From the NCBI GenBank assembly GCA_017654855.1, contig CM030337.1, positions 1,054,001-1,118,000 on the forward strand: a stretch of 64,000 bases of DNA, written 5' to 3'. Origin of the DNA: Podospora anserina. Its lineage: Eukaryota. The translations under genes were made by a program, and so were the position numbers. Positions 1 through 14,604 of this stretch are shown one piece after another. The number at the start of each line of letters is the position of its first letter. The first letter of the stretch is position 1. Below the pieces are notes generated by a model. It did not search any database and was not told the DNA's origin. It saw only the letters and a list, made by a program, of their open reading frames with translations.

Positions 1-2016
1 TAGCTCACTCCCAGTCAGACCTTTTTGCTTTGTTGATTCATGCAGGGCATAGCAGGCGAACTACCTCCTCACACAGGTAACAAAACACCTGTTGGGTTTC
101 ATCAAAGGAAGGGTGGTTAGTGATTATAATGCGAATATACCCGAGGCTGTAGGGGAGAAACAAAGTCGTTTGTGACGGCGATTCATACATCTCATTCGCT
201 ATGGATACCCATCATGTTCTTCGGTGATAGATCGTGGCTATATCTCCATTGTTTTGATGGTCTCGAAGTTGCAATATTAACAAGAGTCCATTCACGAATC
301 ACTTGATTATTCCTGGTAGTGACAATCTCATAGTACTTTATCAAGTCTAATAAAAGTTAAGTAAATACCATTATTCTTCTCCATTCCACATCCCAATAAC
401 CCCTCCCGCCCCCGCCCCCGCCCCCTAAGCAGCAGCAAACTCCTTCCCTTCTCCCCGACAGCCCAGCAAAACCAAGCCCATCATGAAAAAGGTAATGTCT
501 TCCCTTTTCTCACAGCCCACCCAACAGGTGGGTAACAGGTGAGCCACATTGGAAAAGCAAAGGAATTTTGATCTGATGATTTTAGATCCCCCAGAGTCTT
601 CTCTTTGTTTTAAAGAGCATATCCCCCAGATCCCACTACACCGCCACCACACCACCCCTCAACTCCCCAACCCATCGATACCAAACCCGCCCAAGTACCC
701 AGTCCAATGCTCACGACCCAACAGCAACAAAAAGACCACTTCATCATGAGGATGGCTGTCATCACGTGGAATCACCCAGCCTTCCCCGTCATAAGAAGCC
801 GTCGTTGCTGAGATGTGGAAAGGTTAACAGTGAAGACACAGTAGAAGGGAGGTGTTATCAGGAAAGGGAAGAGAGTTTCACCACAGAGATCGTGCAACAC
901 TTTCCCGTCATGGACATGTACAGTGCTGTGAGGTGATGTGAGCTATAAAAATATATATAAAAATGGAGGGAAAGGGAAGGGGAAGGCGATGTCTGGGGGT
1001 TGGAAGCTAAGGGGAGGGAGGTGTGTGTTAGACGTAGACTACCTAAGTAGGTAAGTAGGTTCTCTTGCAAGATAGTGTTGCTGTTGAAGCGGGTTGAAGA
1101 TAATGGTACGTTTGGTTTGGTTTTGTCAATGAATGACGACGTTCAGGTTGGTTTGGTTTGGTTCAGTTTTGTAATGTCAAATGATGACACGTTTGTTGAG
1201 CTGCGCCAGTTGCAACAGTTGCAGGAGCTGCATGCTTTGTAGAATTTGTTTGGTGGTTGAAAAGTCAACGAGGTCAACGATGGCAACGAGGTCAAAGTCT
1301 TCACCAGGCACGGCCATGCCGGCCTGGAGATGAAGAACACGATCGCTCAAGGGCGGTAGGGTCTGTCTGCAAGATGCGACGGTGAAGAGCATGGCTCTGG
1401 TGATGAGGATGCGGCAAGGTACACGCGGCAACACACGCATAGGTGAGGGGAACGGGCAGAGTGCATGAGGTGAGGATCGGAGCTGTCACGTGCGGTCCGT
1501 GGTCTTGTGAGTCCCGTTCACAAAGTTGGAGTGCGCTGGTACACATCTCTGGCAACACATCGGGATCATCAAACCTGAGAAGACCCAAAAGATGATCCGT
1601 CCTCTGCGGTTGATGGTTTGATCCCCCAAGTTCGTCGTGTCAAGCCCCCTGTATCGCGACGGCTGGTAATATTCCCCTCGAGCACCTGAAAAGACAAAGT
1701 CTTGGACTCCGGTGGCATGTGATGCCACGGCCTGCATCTAGTGCAGACCAAAGTTGATGTCTGATAGTACATAGTCCGGCGGCAGCTGTCACATTCTCTG
1801 CCTGGTAGCGTGAGCCATTCTCCCACGATGTCGTGTATGACATTGGGTCAACGACGGTTCCCAGTCAAATGACAAGTCCCCCAGAAGGGTAGCTCTGAGC
1901 AGGTCAATATGACTGAGATGAGTTTGCGTCATGGTAATACTTACGTGTGAATCACATCAGGCCTGATGTCCTCGTTGCGCGGCGAGGTTGAAGTTCATCG
2001 AGGGTCAAAGTTTACT

Positions 2017-2095
2017 GAGGTCAGAGTTCATTGAGGTCAGAGTTCATTGAGGTCAGAGTTCATTGAGGTCAGAGTTCATTGAGGTCAGAGTTCAT
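2017..2095. repeat. 16-bp tandem repeat (GAGGTCAGAGTTCATT) x~5, with degenerate copies just upstream
   Basis: Copies start at 2017, 2033, 2049, 2065 and 2081. Confidence 0.9.
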
Positions 2096-2520
2096 CCCAG
2101 AAAAGATGGGTCATGGTCCATTCAAGGGGATGTCCCGTATGGATGTGTCGCCAATGATCGTGGTCATGAGCAGGCAGGACATGATCCACGAGTTGGGTCG
2201 AGTTCACTGAACTGACTGACGAATGTCGATGGTATGTTTTGAAGAGTTCGCAAGTCTGCCGTCTTGGCTTTGGCTCGTTCCCCACGTATGAGAATTGTCT
2301 CAGAATTGGGAAGACGACTCATCATCATGCCGAGCTATGACCTGTCACAATAGAAGAACTCGTCTGGCAATAAAGCCATGGGAAGCTTTCAGAAACGCCA
2401 CCCTGTGGAGGAGTGGCTGCTCGTGTTCACCAACTGTTATACCGCTTTTGACTTGTAATTATCCGAGAATAATACACATAACTGTGTTGAACTGAGAAAC
2501 AAACTCTGCCCCATCCAGAA

Positions 2521-3625
2521 TCACAGCTCGTCATCACCAGAATCCGTCTCACTCCCCGGTGGAGGAGTGGCTTCCTTTTTCGTCATGTTCCTCAAATCAT
2601 GCCTCGTAGGCAGCGCCCCGTCCTTCTTTGGCGCAGGCTTCCTTGGTTGAGCTCGTGGCGGCGGAATAGGCTCGTCACCATCAGGCTCGCTACCCGTGGC
2701 GTCATCATCGGTGGTCTGGCGATCCTCACCCTCGGCGCTGACCTTGGCTGGCTCTGGCGTATCGATATCCATCCTGTCAGCATCACTAACCGGCCGAGCA
2801 AAGCCATCATCCGAGTCAGACGACCCTCCACCCGAAGCATCCTCCAAAGCCTTCCTCTTGGCTCGTCGTGATGGCGCTGGTTTCCTGTCTGCTTGGCTGC
2901 TGGCAACTTGCGCCACACGAGCCGAGATAGCATGGCCAGAAGATCCTGGCCGCGCCGCAGCCAACAACCGCTGCTGCTCCCGAATCTTAACTTTCTTCTC
3001 GTTGAGGATATCGCAGAATTTCTCCAGGATTTCCGACTCCCTATCCTTCTTTGCCTGTGTGAGTTCGTCCAGCTGATTTCTGAGCTCCGTGATCCTAGCT
3101 TCCAAGTCGGTTACTTTCGCCGTTTCGGTAGCCACAGTTTCTTGGAACTTTTCCCGCTCCAACGCAACAGCTCCGCACCAGTCAAAGAGCTGGACCTCTT
3201 CATCCTCCTTGTACTTGAGGGCCAGAGTTCCGAGGCGTTGGTTGATACCTTGTACTCGTCTCCTGACAGTAATAGTGAGCGACACTTCCGACTTGACTTC
3301 AGCACCAGCTTCGATGCCCTCGACCGGGTCCCCTCTGAGAAGAAAAGATTTCAAGATTGCTTCCCACTCTTCGGGTGAGCATGGGCTGTTGCTGACCCTG
3401 TATTCGCCAATACGGTCGTGCCTCACTGGTGTGATATTAGCACGACATGGTTCGGGTTTTTCCTGTGCTACAATTAAACGTACGCTTGATTATGAATGGG
3501 GCGTATCCGTCAGTGGCCACAAACTTGACGTTGAGCGGCTTGGATCCGGAAGGAGTGACTTGACCGAGCACGTAAGCCCCCTCCTGGTCGGTCCTGGGGA
3601 TTCGTATGATGTGAGGGGTTGCCAT
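2521..3625 (-). CDS. XRCC4: XRCC4-like non-homologous end-joining protein, 2 exons (3625-3484, 3425-2521)
   Basis: MATPHIIRIPRTD...PLNVKFVATDGYAPF, then INQRLGTLAL head domain, a coiled coil, KFCDILNEKKVKIREQQRLL and an acidic/low-complexity tail. GTACG...CAG intron 3483-3426 restores the frame. Confidence 0.8.
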
Positions 3626-5426
3626 ATTGTGTGTACGAGGGCGGGATGGGTGTTTGGAATAGAAAACTGGATTGCAGTTCCTGCTGGAGGAGTGACGCCG
3701 ATTGCTGGACGATTTGGGTGCCGCAGCGGCTGAAACGAGCCGTGAGATTTCAGGAGGAGCAAAATAAGAGTCCGAAGGTATAGCAGTTGACTCTTTTGAG
3801 CCAACGGCGCCGTGAGGAAAGCAGAATCTTGATGCTTTGAGAGACGGCCCGGAGCCAGCTCGCCGGTCTGGGTGCGGGGAAGGCGGGAAGCTCGCGGACA
3901 ATGCTATTTTTCGGTTGATGAATCAAGAAGCCGAGACTTTTGGGAGGGTATACGGAATGGGATCGGATGCACGGGGGTGTGGTGATTGTAATGGTATAGG
4001 GGATGGAGTTTGATTATAAGAGGGAAAAGCAGGTCCAGGCAGCGAGGGCGACTCCAGGGGTTCAGGTCCTAGAAATTTAGGCAACACAGCTTAAACTCAG
4101 AGCAAATAGCTGTAAGGTAGCTATAGCAGCACACAACAAAGACTTCCGTAACGCTTGGTTTGGGATCGAAAAATGAAGGCATCAAATAGTTGCCCAACAC
4201 AGCAAAAGGCTGGTGTGCCAATCTCAGAATGCGATGCAACAAGCGATGCAAAAAGGCAGGACGACAGTGGTTTCCGATGCCAATACCGATGAGGTCAGAG
4301 GTTGGCTCACCTTGCACCATGTGGCACACTTGCTATGGTCCCACGAAGACGACGAGGAGGAGAGATGGAGGAGAGATGAACTCTTGTATTTTGGTGACTC
4401 GTGTTAATAAGATTGCCATCTGATCATATTACTTTCTTTTCTTGTTGTGCCCGTCAGTGCGCTCCAATGTCCCCGATGACAGAAGTGTTGAGTGTGTGGC
4501 AGCTGTTGCTATTGGAGGGCGGGGGTTCGTGTTTTTGCGCGTCATGGACGCGACTCGCATGCTTTGCAGACGGCAGCAGACCGAACAGGCACTGCATGAG
4601 ACATTTAGGGGAGGAGTGGCTAGATATTCCTGGAGTGCCACGGAGTGTAGACAGATATATCAGTTGATGAAGATATGAAGCCAGCAAGGGTGGAATGTTT
4701 GGCTGGGAGTGGATACACAAAGAAGACGATGTTGTGCATGTTTGGAGGGGGTTGAGGTGCTAAAACCGGCCCCTGCGGATTATTTGGTGGCCGGTGGAGT
4801 CTTGGGACAAGCCGGGGGGAGCATGGGCCTCCACCCACTCTGTGTCGCATTGCATCTCGCCTCCCACCCACCTTTTGATTCACCACCAAAAGCACCCGCC
4901 CGCACTGCCTCTGTGTGCGTCGTGTGCGCTCTCCCATCTCTCTCTCTCTCTTTTGCCAGCCACACCTTTCCACATATACCAAGGCACCACATCCCGCCTC
5001 TTCGTTTTCGACCACTTCCCACCACAACGTCACCTCAGAGAGCCCACACGAGCAGCAGAAATTCCTGCATTCTTGCAATTACGAAATAGCCCTCCCCCGC
5101 AGCATAACCCCTGTATCGCGCTCTCTTTTGTCTCTTTTGCCTCTTTTGCTTCGTATACCAACAACAAACCTACACCATTCCTTACCGACCCGGAACCACT
5201 CCTCCCGACTTGTACACCTGTACACCTTATGCGACCGTTAGCTGTTCTTATTGCTCCCTGAGAAAGGAAAACAATTGCCTGCCCGGGTGGCCGATGCCAA
5301 CGTGTTGACGACTATGAATCCTCATTACTGACTCGATCGCCCATCGTCGCTACACAACAGTAGCCGTCGCGATCGCACATGATTGCATCTGAACTGCAAA
5401 TAACCAGTGTTCCAACATCACCAGCC

Positions 5427-8400
5427 ATGGAAACCTTACGTCTAAGAGCTCGTCTGCCGGTCGAGGACGAGATTGAGAATTGGGACGATGAAGACTTTGT
5501 GATTGATGGTGACGATCTCACCTTTCAGAGCCAGTCCAACTCGGCCAACCTTCCCACCAACCGTCGCGATTCGCAATCATCCTTCCGATCCGAGTTCGAG
5601 TCCATCCATGGAGAGGAGGAAAAGCAGGTCCACCTGCCCGGCGACGATGAGAAGTCCACTCTGGATGCCATCGCAGCTGCCGAAAAGGCCGGCGTTCCGA
5701 TCCCCAAAAATGTACCACCATCCGCCCTTATGGGGGGCACCATCAAGCGTCTTGGGGGGAGAAAATTGAAAAAGGTAATCCAGGAGGATTGGGTCGACGA
5801 TCTCGAATTTCCCGACATGGGCCAGTCGCTCCAGTTCAAGCCCCGCGATGGCTCCCAGTTCCCCGAAGTCCTGCGCCAAGTTAGTAATTCAACAACAAAC
5901 AGCCCTCTGAAGCCATCCAGGAAGTCGCTCACCATTGCTCAGGAGGATCGCAAGGAGAACAGTTCGTCCTCCATCAGCAACAGCTACATCGACCTGGAGC
6001 GGTTCCGCGACAACGAGGACGACGATGACTTTTTCGGAGATGGCATGGAGACAATCAAAGTGTCTAAGAGGCGCCAGACTCCCAAGCCCATCTCTTTGAT
6101 CACCCCGCCGACCCCGAAAAAGTCCAACATTGACAAACCCGCCGATGGAGAGGATGATTTCGAAAAGGACTTTGAACTTCCATCGGATGGAAAACTTCAG
6201 CTGTCGACAAGGAGGGACGTGCCAAAGACGCCCACTTTCAACACCATGATGGATGACTTTGAGTGGGCCGAAGGCAGTCTCGGGACAAGATTCGGTGGCA
6301 CTCGTCGCGATCTCATGTCGTGCCGTAGCTCCTCCGTCTCGGCCATGAGTCCCAGCATAGCAAGCTCGATCATTACCGAGAGCGAGGATGAGTTGTTTGA
6401 GGGCATTATCCTGCCTCATGGACCGCTGGATTTGGGAGAGAGGCTCCGACGTCGTCGTCAGAGCAGTCGCTCCCCTGTGCGCAACATTGCTCCCGTCCCG
6501 CCGATCAAGGAGGAAAAGGAAGAGGAGAAGGAGGATTTCCTTGCTGGCCTCGTTCTTGGCGATGGCGATGTCTTTGACTCGCGTAAATTAACTCTTCATC
6601 GCAACATTCAGGTGAAGGAGACGAGGCCCATCAGTCCGGCCCGTCCCAAGGCCTCTGTCGCCCTCAAATTCACCAACAAGCCTGTCACCACCTCTCGCCT
6701 GCCTCGTCCCATGGGTCCGGCAGTGAACCACGAGAGGTCCAACACTCAATCATCCTTGTCTTCGTTGGAGCCTGTCTCTGAGAGCGGTGGGCCGATCGCT
6801 CGCACCACTCACAGCAGACGATCATTGTCTCGCCTGGGAGGCGGTCTTGGTCATTCGGCGCAGTCTTCAGTCGCCAGCGTGACTAGCATGGGCAGCCTCA
6901 GTAGTATCGCGACCCCCCCTACTCCGTCTTCAGCACAGACTGTTACCCCCGCCCCGTCCACCCCATCTCGGAGGCGAGAACTTGGTCAAAAGACCTCGAT
7001 GGCTCTTAGACAGGCCGGGCCAACGACCACAAGTGCTCAGCTGCTCCGATCTAAGAGGTCGTTGCCTGCGTTGCGAAATCTACCATCTCCTGCTAGAGGC
7101 TCGGCGACGGTCCGGGGGTACGAGCGCCCCCCATCCCGGACGGACTACTCGGCACGAGGCCCTCCCACTCTCCGGCCAAAGACGCCGGTGGAGCATTTGC
7201 GGTCCTCTGAGAGTTCGGCGGCCCAAGCCCGCAAAGCGCCTGTGCCTTTTCTCCCGGCCGGGGCGTCGCTCTCGCAATCGCACAACATCAATGCCAAGTC
7301 GTCGCGGGTGTTCCGGCGACACGATTCCGAAACCAGTATTGAGTACCGGCCAGGCTCTAGAACGGTTTCTCGGTCTACAATACGCTCGCCTAGTCCGCGC
7401 AGGTATCGCCCGTCTGAGAAGGCCACGGCCGATGGGGCCTGGAGCAAACTGAGCATGCCGCGCCGAGTCAAGAACTTTGGTGACGGGCACGAATTGGATG
7501 CCTTTGACGATCTGCCGACATCGACTCAGGCGGAGGCCAAGTTCCTCAAGCAACCCGTTAGCGGCGGGGCCAAGACGCACATGCGGAGCAAGACTTTTCA
7601 AAACATCCTTCCCGATCGGGCCATCACGACCCCGTCGCCCATTGCACCGTTTGTTGCCCCCCGGGTCGATAGCGTGCCCAGCTTTGCCCGCGATACCACC
7701 GCGAGCCGAATTGCCCGGGAAACCAGTCTCGCTCAACGCAACCCCTCCGGCCCGCTGGCCCCACTAACGGCTCAGCGGGTCGCCCAGCTATCGTCTGCCA
7801 GGGGTACGCTCAATATTTCCCAGCCACCGACTCTAACGGCCAAGGGTACGCGCAAAATGCGGAGATCTCCACAGGCGAAGCCCCATTTGATATCCAATCT
7901 GAACCCCCCGAGAGAGGCAAAGAGTGAGTTTTTTTTTTTTTTTTAGTTTTTTTTCCCACCGCGTTTTTGTTTTTTTTCATGCAGAACTCTAACAATGCCC
8001 GCAGCGGTTGGTGGAATGTTTTATAACCCCGAGACCTTCAAGTGGGAGGGCAACGACAATGTGCTGCACGCCTTCGAGGCCCCGGCTTCCACCACCCCCT
8101 CTACGACCTCGGTGCCAAGATATGTCATGAGAGAGAGGGAAAACGCGACACCGCGTCCGGCTCTCATCACCAACATCGGCGCCACCAAGGGCGTTCAGGT
8201 TGTGGGCGGCATGGTTTTCGATCCTCAAGCCATGTGCTGGCTCAAGCTTGGGCCACAGTCCAACAGCAAGAGCAAGCAGCAGGCTCAGCAACCTGACGCC
8301 ATGGATGGATTCAACGCCTTGGATGACGAAGACGATGTCTTCAAGGACATTCCCGATCTCGAGGAGCGTACCATGGCCTCTAGCGACGGTGGCAACGGGC

Positions 8401-8594
8401 GCGCCAGCGAGATCAAGGACGACTGGCTCGTGGGCGAGGAGTTTGACGTCGGCCCCGAATTTGTTCGTCGGCAGCGGGAAGAGGAGGACCGCTGGAGAAA
8501 GAAGTGCTCCTCCTGGATCAGCGACCAGGTGGACCGCGGCGATGCCTGGAAATGGGCGATTCGCGACATTGTCAAGCAGAGCCTTGCCGACTAG
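5427..8594 (+). CDS. byr4: Byr4/Bfa1-like cytokinesis (SIN/MEN) GAP scaffold, 2 exons (intron 7924-8004)
   Basis: N-terminal IENWDDEDF, FGDGHELDAFDDLP, C-terminal GGMFYNPETFKWEGN and GGMVFDPQAMCWLK repeats. An in-frame upstream ATG at 5379 is possible. Confidence 0.85.
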
Positions 8595-8848
8595 GCTTTT
8601 TTGATACCCAACGATTTTTCCATTTTTCTCATGGTTACTTGCATGTTAGCAAGCGTAGCCAGCAGGTGTTTGAGGTTTTCTTTTCTGGGTTGCATTACCT
8701 CGGGAACGACATGACCATGACTCACGACTTTTATCACAACAAACAAAATGGGCAAAGGCAAAGGCGCATTTGTTTTTTTTATTTGGTTTTTTTTTTTCGG
8801 CATTACCTGGTCGGACATACAAAAATTCAACACTACACTACACTACAC

Positions 8849-8850
<2 letters not shown>

Positions 8851-8925
<75 letters not shown>
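8851..8925. repeat. (CA)n microsatellite
   Basis: Seen directly. Confidence 0.95.
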
Positions 8926-8927
<2 letters not shown>

Positions 8928-9751
8928 CACAACAACAATGATATATAAGGGCTACGGGAGCATGCTATTTGTCTGTTTGAGACAATGATTGGACTTGGTG
9001 GTGATGGCTGTTAATGGCAAATGGAAGAGATGAGCGAGGAGTGTTGGAGGGAGAGGATTGTAAGGGCTGGATTTGTACACGATTGAAACTGATGGATGAA
9101 TATGGGTGGGTGGGCACTGGGTGTGGGATTTTTTCTTTTTGGGGCGTTTTGGTAACGACCTTGATGACGGTGATGATGAATAGATGATACGGATAGACGA
9201 GTTATGACCATTTGTAGAGGCCGGGCTTAGTAGCTTTGGCTTGCTGGCTTAATAATATGTACGAGTTTTGTCAGATGATGTCGAAGGCATGGAGATCCCA
9301 GCCTGTCAAAGGAGCTCAGCTTAGCTTAGCTTAGCTATAGGTATCACTCACACTTGAGAAATTAGCTTCGAGCTTCTTGACTCTGTGATCACCTGCAAGT
9401 CAAGGGTTTTTATTCAGTGGATTTGTGGCGTGAATCCAACCTCTACCGTGTCATTGAAGCTCAAAGTGTCACCTGCCAGCTGATAAGATAAGCCCATCCC
9501 GACCCCACCTTTTGCCCCCACCACTGACTGGCGCCGTTGACGTCGGGTTGTAGGTAGCGGATAGGTTCGCAATCATTCCATGCAGCACCACCACCACCAC
9601 CACCACCACCACCACCACCATCATCATCACCAACCTCACCTACTCACTACTCAACTATTCCTCAACAAAAACAAAACTGGATCCCTATCTCACCCACCAC
9701 CTCCTGTCTTCTTTTTCCTCTAGACAAGAAGAAGCAACACCAGCCGCGAAC

Positions 9752-10319
9752 ATGACCGAACTAGCCTTTGCCCAATCCTTTTTGTCAATGCTGGGGGGTA
9801 TCCCGTCCAAGATAACCCACGACCACGTTGAGGATCCGCGTCGGTATACAGTCACCACTCCTGTATGTCTTTTCCTTTCCCTACCTTTTTTTTTGGGGAT
9901 TAACTTGCTAATAAAGTAGTACACCCTCCCTCACCACCCCACCCTGCCCAAGAAATTCACCCGCCGTACTTGCGCCACGAAGGCGCCCCCCGAATCTATC
10001 ACCGTAACCGCCGTCTCCTCTCGCAACCCACCCCTATCCATTACCCTCCCCTCCCCCCTTCCGGTCAGCACGACCTCAGTCCTGGATATCAAAAACGCGA
10101 TCTCCCTCCAAACGGGTGTCCCAGTCCAAAAGATAAAGTTGCTGCACCAGAAGAAACCTGCTCAGGACTCCAAAACGTTGAAGGATGTTCTAGCGGGGGA
10201 GGGGAAAGAACAACTGGAGCTGGGGTTGATGATCATTGGGGGCGCGGCGTCGGTGCCGGAACAGAAGCCGCCAAAACAGGAGGATGAAATGGAGGTGGAC
10301 AGTAAGGAAGCGGAACCGC

Positions 10320-10354
<35 letters not shown>

Positions 10355-10507
10355 CCTGTTGCGGCGCCCGGACAGCAAAGTGGACGGGAGGTGTTGGATA
10401 CCGAAGAGTTTTGGGCTGATTTGAAGGGGTTTTTGGAGCAGAGGGTTAGGGATGAGGGTGTGGCCAAAGAGGCGGTGGAGAGGTTTAGATTGGCTTGGAG
10501 GTCGTGA
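9752..10507 (+). CDS. get5: Get5/Mdy2-like ubiquitin-like protein, 2 exons (intron 9863-9919)
   Basis: MTELAFAQSFLSMLGGIPSKITHDHVEDPRRY N-terminus, UBL-like SVLDIKNAISLQTGVPVQKIKLLHQKKP, C-terminal EEFWADLKGFLEQRVRD and a CAA-encoded polyQ. Confidence 0.75.
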
Positions 10508-11131
10508 GGGGGAGGGGGGTTGAAGTGGTGGCATGAACACGGTAACTACTATGGTCATTGATTAGTTGAGGTTGCAAAGGCCGCTCACCCAGCAAAGTCA
10601 TCCTGTCACATTTAAAACAGTTAGAAACGTTGGCGTGTTGGGTGTGGTGATTCTGGGGCGAGGAACTCCAAAGATAGTTGACACACACACACACACATAT
10701 GTCCGCCTCTTGAACGTGTAGATTATCCTTTGCGAGGACCTATCGAGATGTAACTATCTGTGATTTTGATAATGACACGCCCGGTGAATGTATCTCCTCA
10801 TCGACTATCATTATCCCCAACTTTGGACTTGAAATGGGGGGTTGACTAGACAGAAACAAGCACAACCCCTTCAGTATTCTTCATCAAGAATGATACTCGG
10901 CATAAACCACGACGAAAACAACGAAAAAAACAAGCAACAAACTCGCAATATCAGTTCAGACAACTACAGCATGCTCCTCCTCTACCCTAACCACCACTAC
11001 CACCATCACCACCACCACCATCCTTCCCGCTTACTCGCGTATAACAACATAACCATTTCTCTGATATGACCATGTTTATCCCCTCTCCTTTGTCACACAA
11101 CAACTCGACCGCCGCGCCGCCAAAAAAAAAA

Positions 11132-12189
11132 TTAAGCAGCAGTCCCCTTGCTCACCGTCTTGACGAGCGAATCGTACTCGATGTCGTCGGCGTCGTTGGC
11201 CTGGACCTCGGTGGCGATGCCGGGGAGGGCGCGCTTGAGGGCCTCCTTGGAGGAGGCGTAGACCATCTTGGCCTGTTTGTGTCGAGCATGTTAGTATGAG
11301 TTTACTGTGTTGGGGGGTAAGAAGAAAAGAAAAACATACCATGATACCGGCATCATCAGGGGACCAAGCGATGAAGGTGATCTTGTTCCTGTTTTTTTCC
11401 AAATCAATCAACACAATATTCCGGAGTAGTAAAAGTAAGGGGGGGAAACAAACCGGACACCCTCCCCAGAAGCGAGATTATACTCAAAGTCGTAGACAGC
11501 GTAGCGGGGACCCTTGCCTACGGCGCCCTGTTTTTTGTGTCAGTCAGCTGGGATCATAGCTCGGAGAGAGACAAGGTAGGGATAGCTGTTGAGACACCAA
11601 AAAAAAAAAAAGGACATACGGTCTTGCTCTTCGTCTTGGCGTTGATGAGTTTCTCGCGAAAGTCGTCGTACTCGGGGCCGCTCTCCGAGGTGCTGTCGAC
11701 GACAATCTCCTTGTTGTCGTCCGAGAGCTTGAAGATGACGTACTTGTACTTCTTGTTGAGCTTGAGGTCGTTGTAGGCGGTTATGCACTCCTCGTTGACG
11801 GTGGCGCTGTTTGATGCATGTGTGTGGTTAGCCATCTGGGTTGGTGGTGGAAGACTCAGAGGGGGGAGTATGTTGGGCTGTGATGACGGTCGATTCGGCG
11901 GTGGTGGGCCTCGCTCGCAGAAGGGTAGTTGGACATCATAGAACAGAAGGCGGTACTACTAACCCGGATTGAGACTGCGAGAGAGAAAGAATCATGTCAG
12001 CTATCATGTCGTCGTCGGCTACCGTGCACACCACCTCCTCGAAAGCTGTTCGTTCCCTCGGCGCGCATCATCTCCCATCCAACAACAAGCGGGGATCATG
12101 CGCGCAAGCAAAACCAAACAAGCACCCAATCCTATCACCCCCTCCCAATTCCCTCACCCTCCCTCCCCTTTAAATCCAAAACTCACCAT
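11132..12189 (-). CDS. cof1: Cofilin/ADF, 6 exons including an ATG-only first coding exon (12189-12187) and an 11-nt microexon (11974-11964)
   Basis: Spliced [35 protein letters not shown]...GPRYAVYDFEY...NKITFIAWSPDDAG...KMVYASSKEALKR; all introns are GT-AG. Confidence 0.92.
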
Positions 12190-13450
12190 GATTGCAGTTT
12201 TCTTGTGGTTGTTGTCTAAACTCCCTGAAAAAAAAAAGGAACTCGATCGGTGATGCGCAAGCAGTAAATCGCGTGGCTCGGTGGGTGGGTGCGTGGTGTG
12301 GTGTGTCCTCAAAGACAAAAACCGTTGATATTCGGCAGCTGTTACAAGTAAGAGGAGAACAAAAAAGTTAGCAAGTGGTCGGTAGTGAGTGGTAGTGGCT
12401 TGTTGCGGCGGTGGCAGCGGGCAGCAGTGAATAGCGGGGGAGGAGGAGGAAGAAGAAGGAAGAGGAACATAGGTAGGCAACAACAGAACAGCAACGCATA
12501 CACACACGTAATCAGATAGGTATCCGACTGAACAGAATAGAACAGGCAGCAAAACACTCTCTTCTTCTCTCTCTTCAGAAACAACAAGAAAGTTGGTTAG
12601 GTAGAGAGAGAGTGTAGATGACAATAAAGGAGAAGCAAGAGAAAGAAGTGGGCCTGATTTGCACCTGGTGAGGGAAGGCGAGAGAGGGGTTTAATATTAC
12701 AGCCCACTTGCATGGACCTCCATCATCTCGCCCAATTCATCAACACCAGCTGCCCCCTCCGGCCACTGATTGCACTGAGCAGACAGACAGACAGACAGAC
12801 AGACAGACGGCTGTCGGAGAAGCTGGAGATGTTACAGAAGGAGATGTTGAGAAACAAACTTACAGAGCGGTTCAACAGGAAGGTCCTTGTTGTGTAGGAG
12901 TAAAGGAGACACGCGGTCAGTGGAGGTCGAAGCGATAATGAAACGGATGGAGGGGGAGATGGAGAGGGGCAGCAAGGCAGCTCGCAGCCTGAAAAACAAC
13001 AAGATGGCAGGGTCAGGTTGGTGGGGTTGTTATTGGCGGTGACGAAGGAACGACCACTCACAGGGGCTTACGTGATTGGGGTGGGATGGCTGAGCACCCC
13101 GCCTCGTCCCACCTCACCTCTCACCACTTACATCTCACTTTCAGTCATACTCTCACTCTCACTCTCACTCTCATACTGAGAGTGAGCACACTCGCTGCAC
13201 AGTTAACTCTTTGAAATATCATTACATCGTGGTCTGTTACCTCTACTCTAACCCAGTGTGATCGTAATATACAATGCCACCATGGTGCCGTAAGGGAATA
13301 TGCAGCTATCAACACAGAGAGAAAAAGTAGAGAGGAGATTACATGGCACACACTGTACAATCCGATAACACCCAAACCCTTTTTAGAAATCCCCAAAACC
13401 GAGTCGCCCAAAATCATAAAACCATTGCTTTTGCTTTTGCTGTTGTGATC

Positions 13451-13456
13451 TTACAT

Positions 13457-13489
<33 letters not shown>

Positions 13490-14567
13490 ACCGCCCATGG
13501 GAGGAGGCGTCTTGTCCTCGGCCTCGACAATCGCCACCTCGGTGGTGCCAAGCAGAGAGGCAACGCCAGAGGCATCAATGAGACCAGTGCGGACAACCTT
13601 GAGGGGATCAAGGATACCGGCAGAGATCATGTCAACGTACTCGCCCTTGGCGCTGTTGAAGCCCTTGTTGAAGTCATTGACATACTCGTCCTGGAGCTTG
13701 CCGATGATGACAGAGCCCTCAAGACCGGCGTTCTCAACAATGGTTCTGGCAGGGCGGGTGATGGCGTTTCTGACGATGCTCACACCAAGCTGCTGGTCAA
13801 AGTTGGCGGGCTTGAGGTCCTTGAGAGCGTTGATGGAGGCCTTGATGAGGGCAGTACCACCGCCCGGGAGGATGCCCTCCTCAACGGCAGCGCGGGTGGC
13901 GTTGAGCGCATCCACGAAGCGGTCCTTCTTCTCGCCAACCTCCACCTCGGAGGAGCCACCGACCTTGATGACGGCAACACCGCCAGAGAGCTTGGCGAGG
14001 CGCTCCTGGAGCTTCTCCTTCTCGTACTCGGAGGTGGTGGGGTCGGCCATGACACCACGAATCTGCTCGCAGCGCTGAGCAATCGAGTCCTTGCTGCCGT
14101 CACCGTTGAGGAGAATGGTGTCCTCCTTGGTGATGGTGATGGAGCCGGTGGAGCCGAGCATGTCAGGGGTGAGCTTGTCAAGCTTGACATCGAGCTCGGT
14201 GCTGAAGACGGTGGCGTTGGTGAGGACAGCAAGATCGCCGAGGATGGACTTGCGGTTGTCACCGAAGCCGGGGGCCTTGACGGCGGCAACCTCGAGCTGG
14301 CCACGGAGCTTGTTGAGAATGCAGACGGCGAGAGCCTCGCCCTCAAAGTCCTCGGCGATGATGACGAGAGGACGGCGGAGCTTGTTGGAGATCTCGAGAG
14401 CGGGGATGATGTCCATGGCGGAGGAGATCTTTTGCTCAGAGAGGAGGATCAGGGGCTTCTCGAACTCGACCTTCTGGGCCTTGGCGTCGGTGATGAAGTA
14501 GGGGGAGACGAAGCCGCGGTCGAAGCGCATACCCTCGGTGACCTCGAGCTCATCGAGGAGAGTCTTG

Positions 14568-14604
<37 letters not shown>

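Noticed and set aside
2017-2095. Regular repeat as a CRISPR-like array
   Set aside because: Head-to-tail minisatellite without spacers, in a eukaryote.
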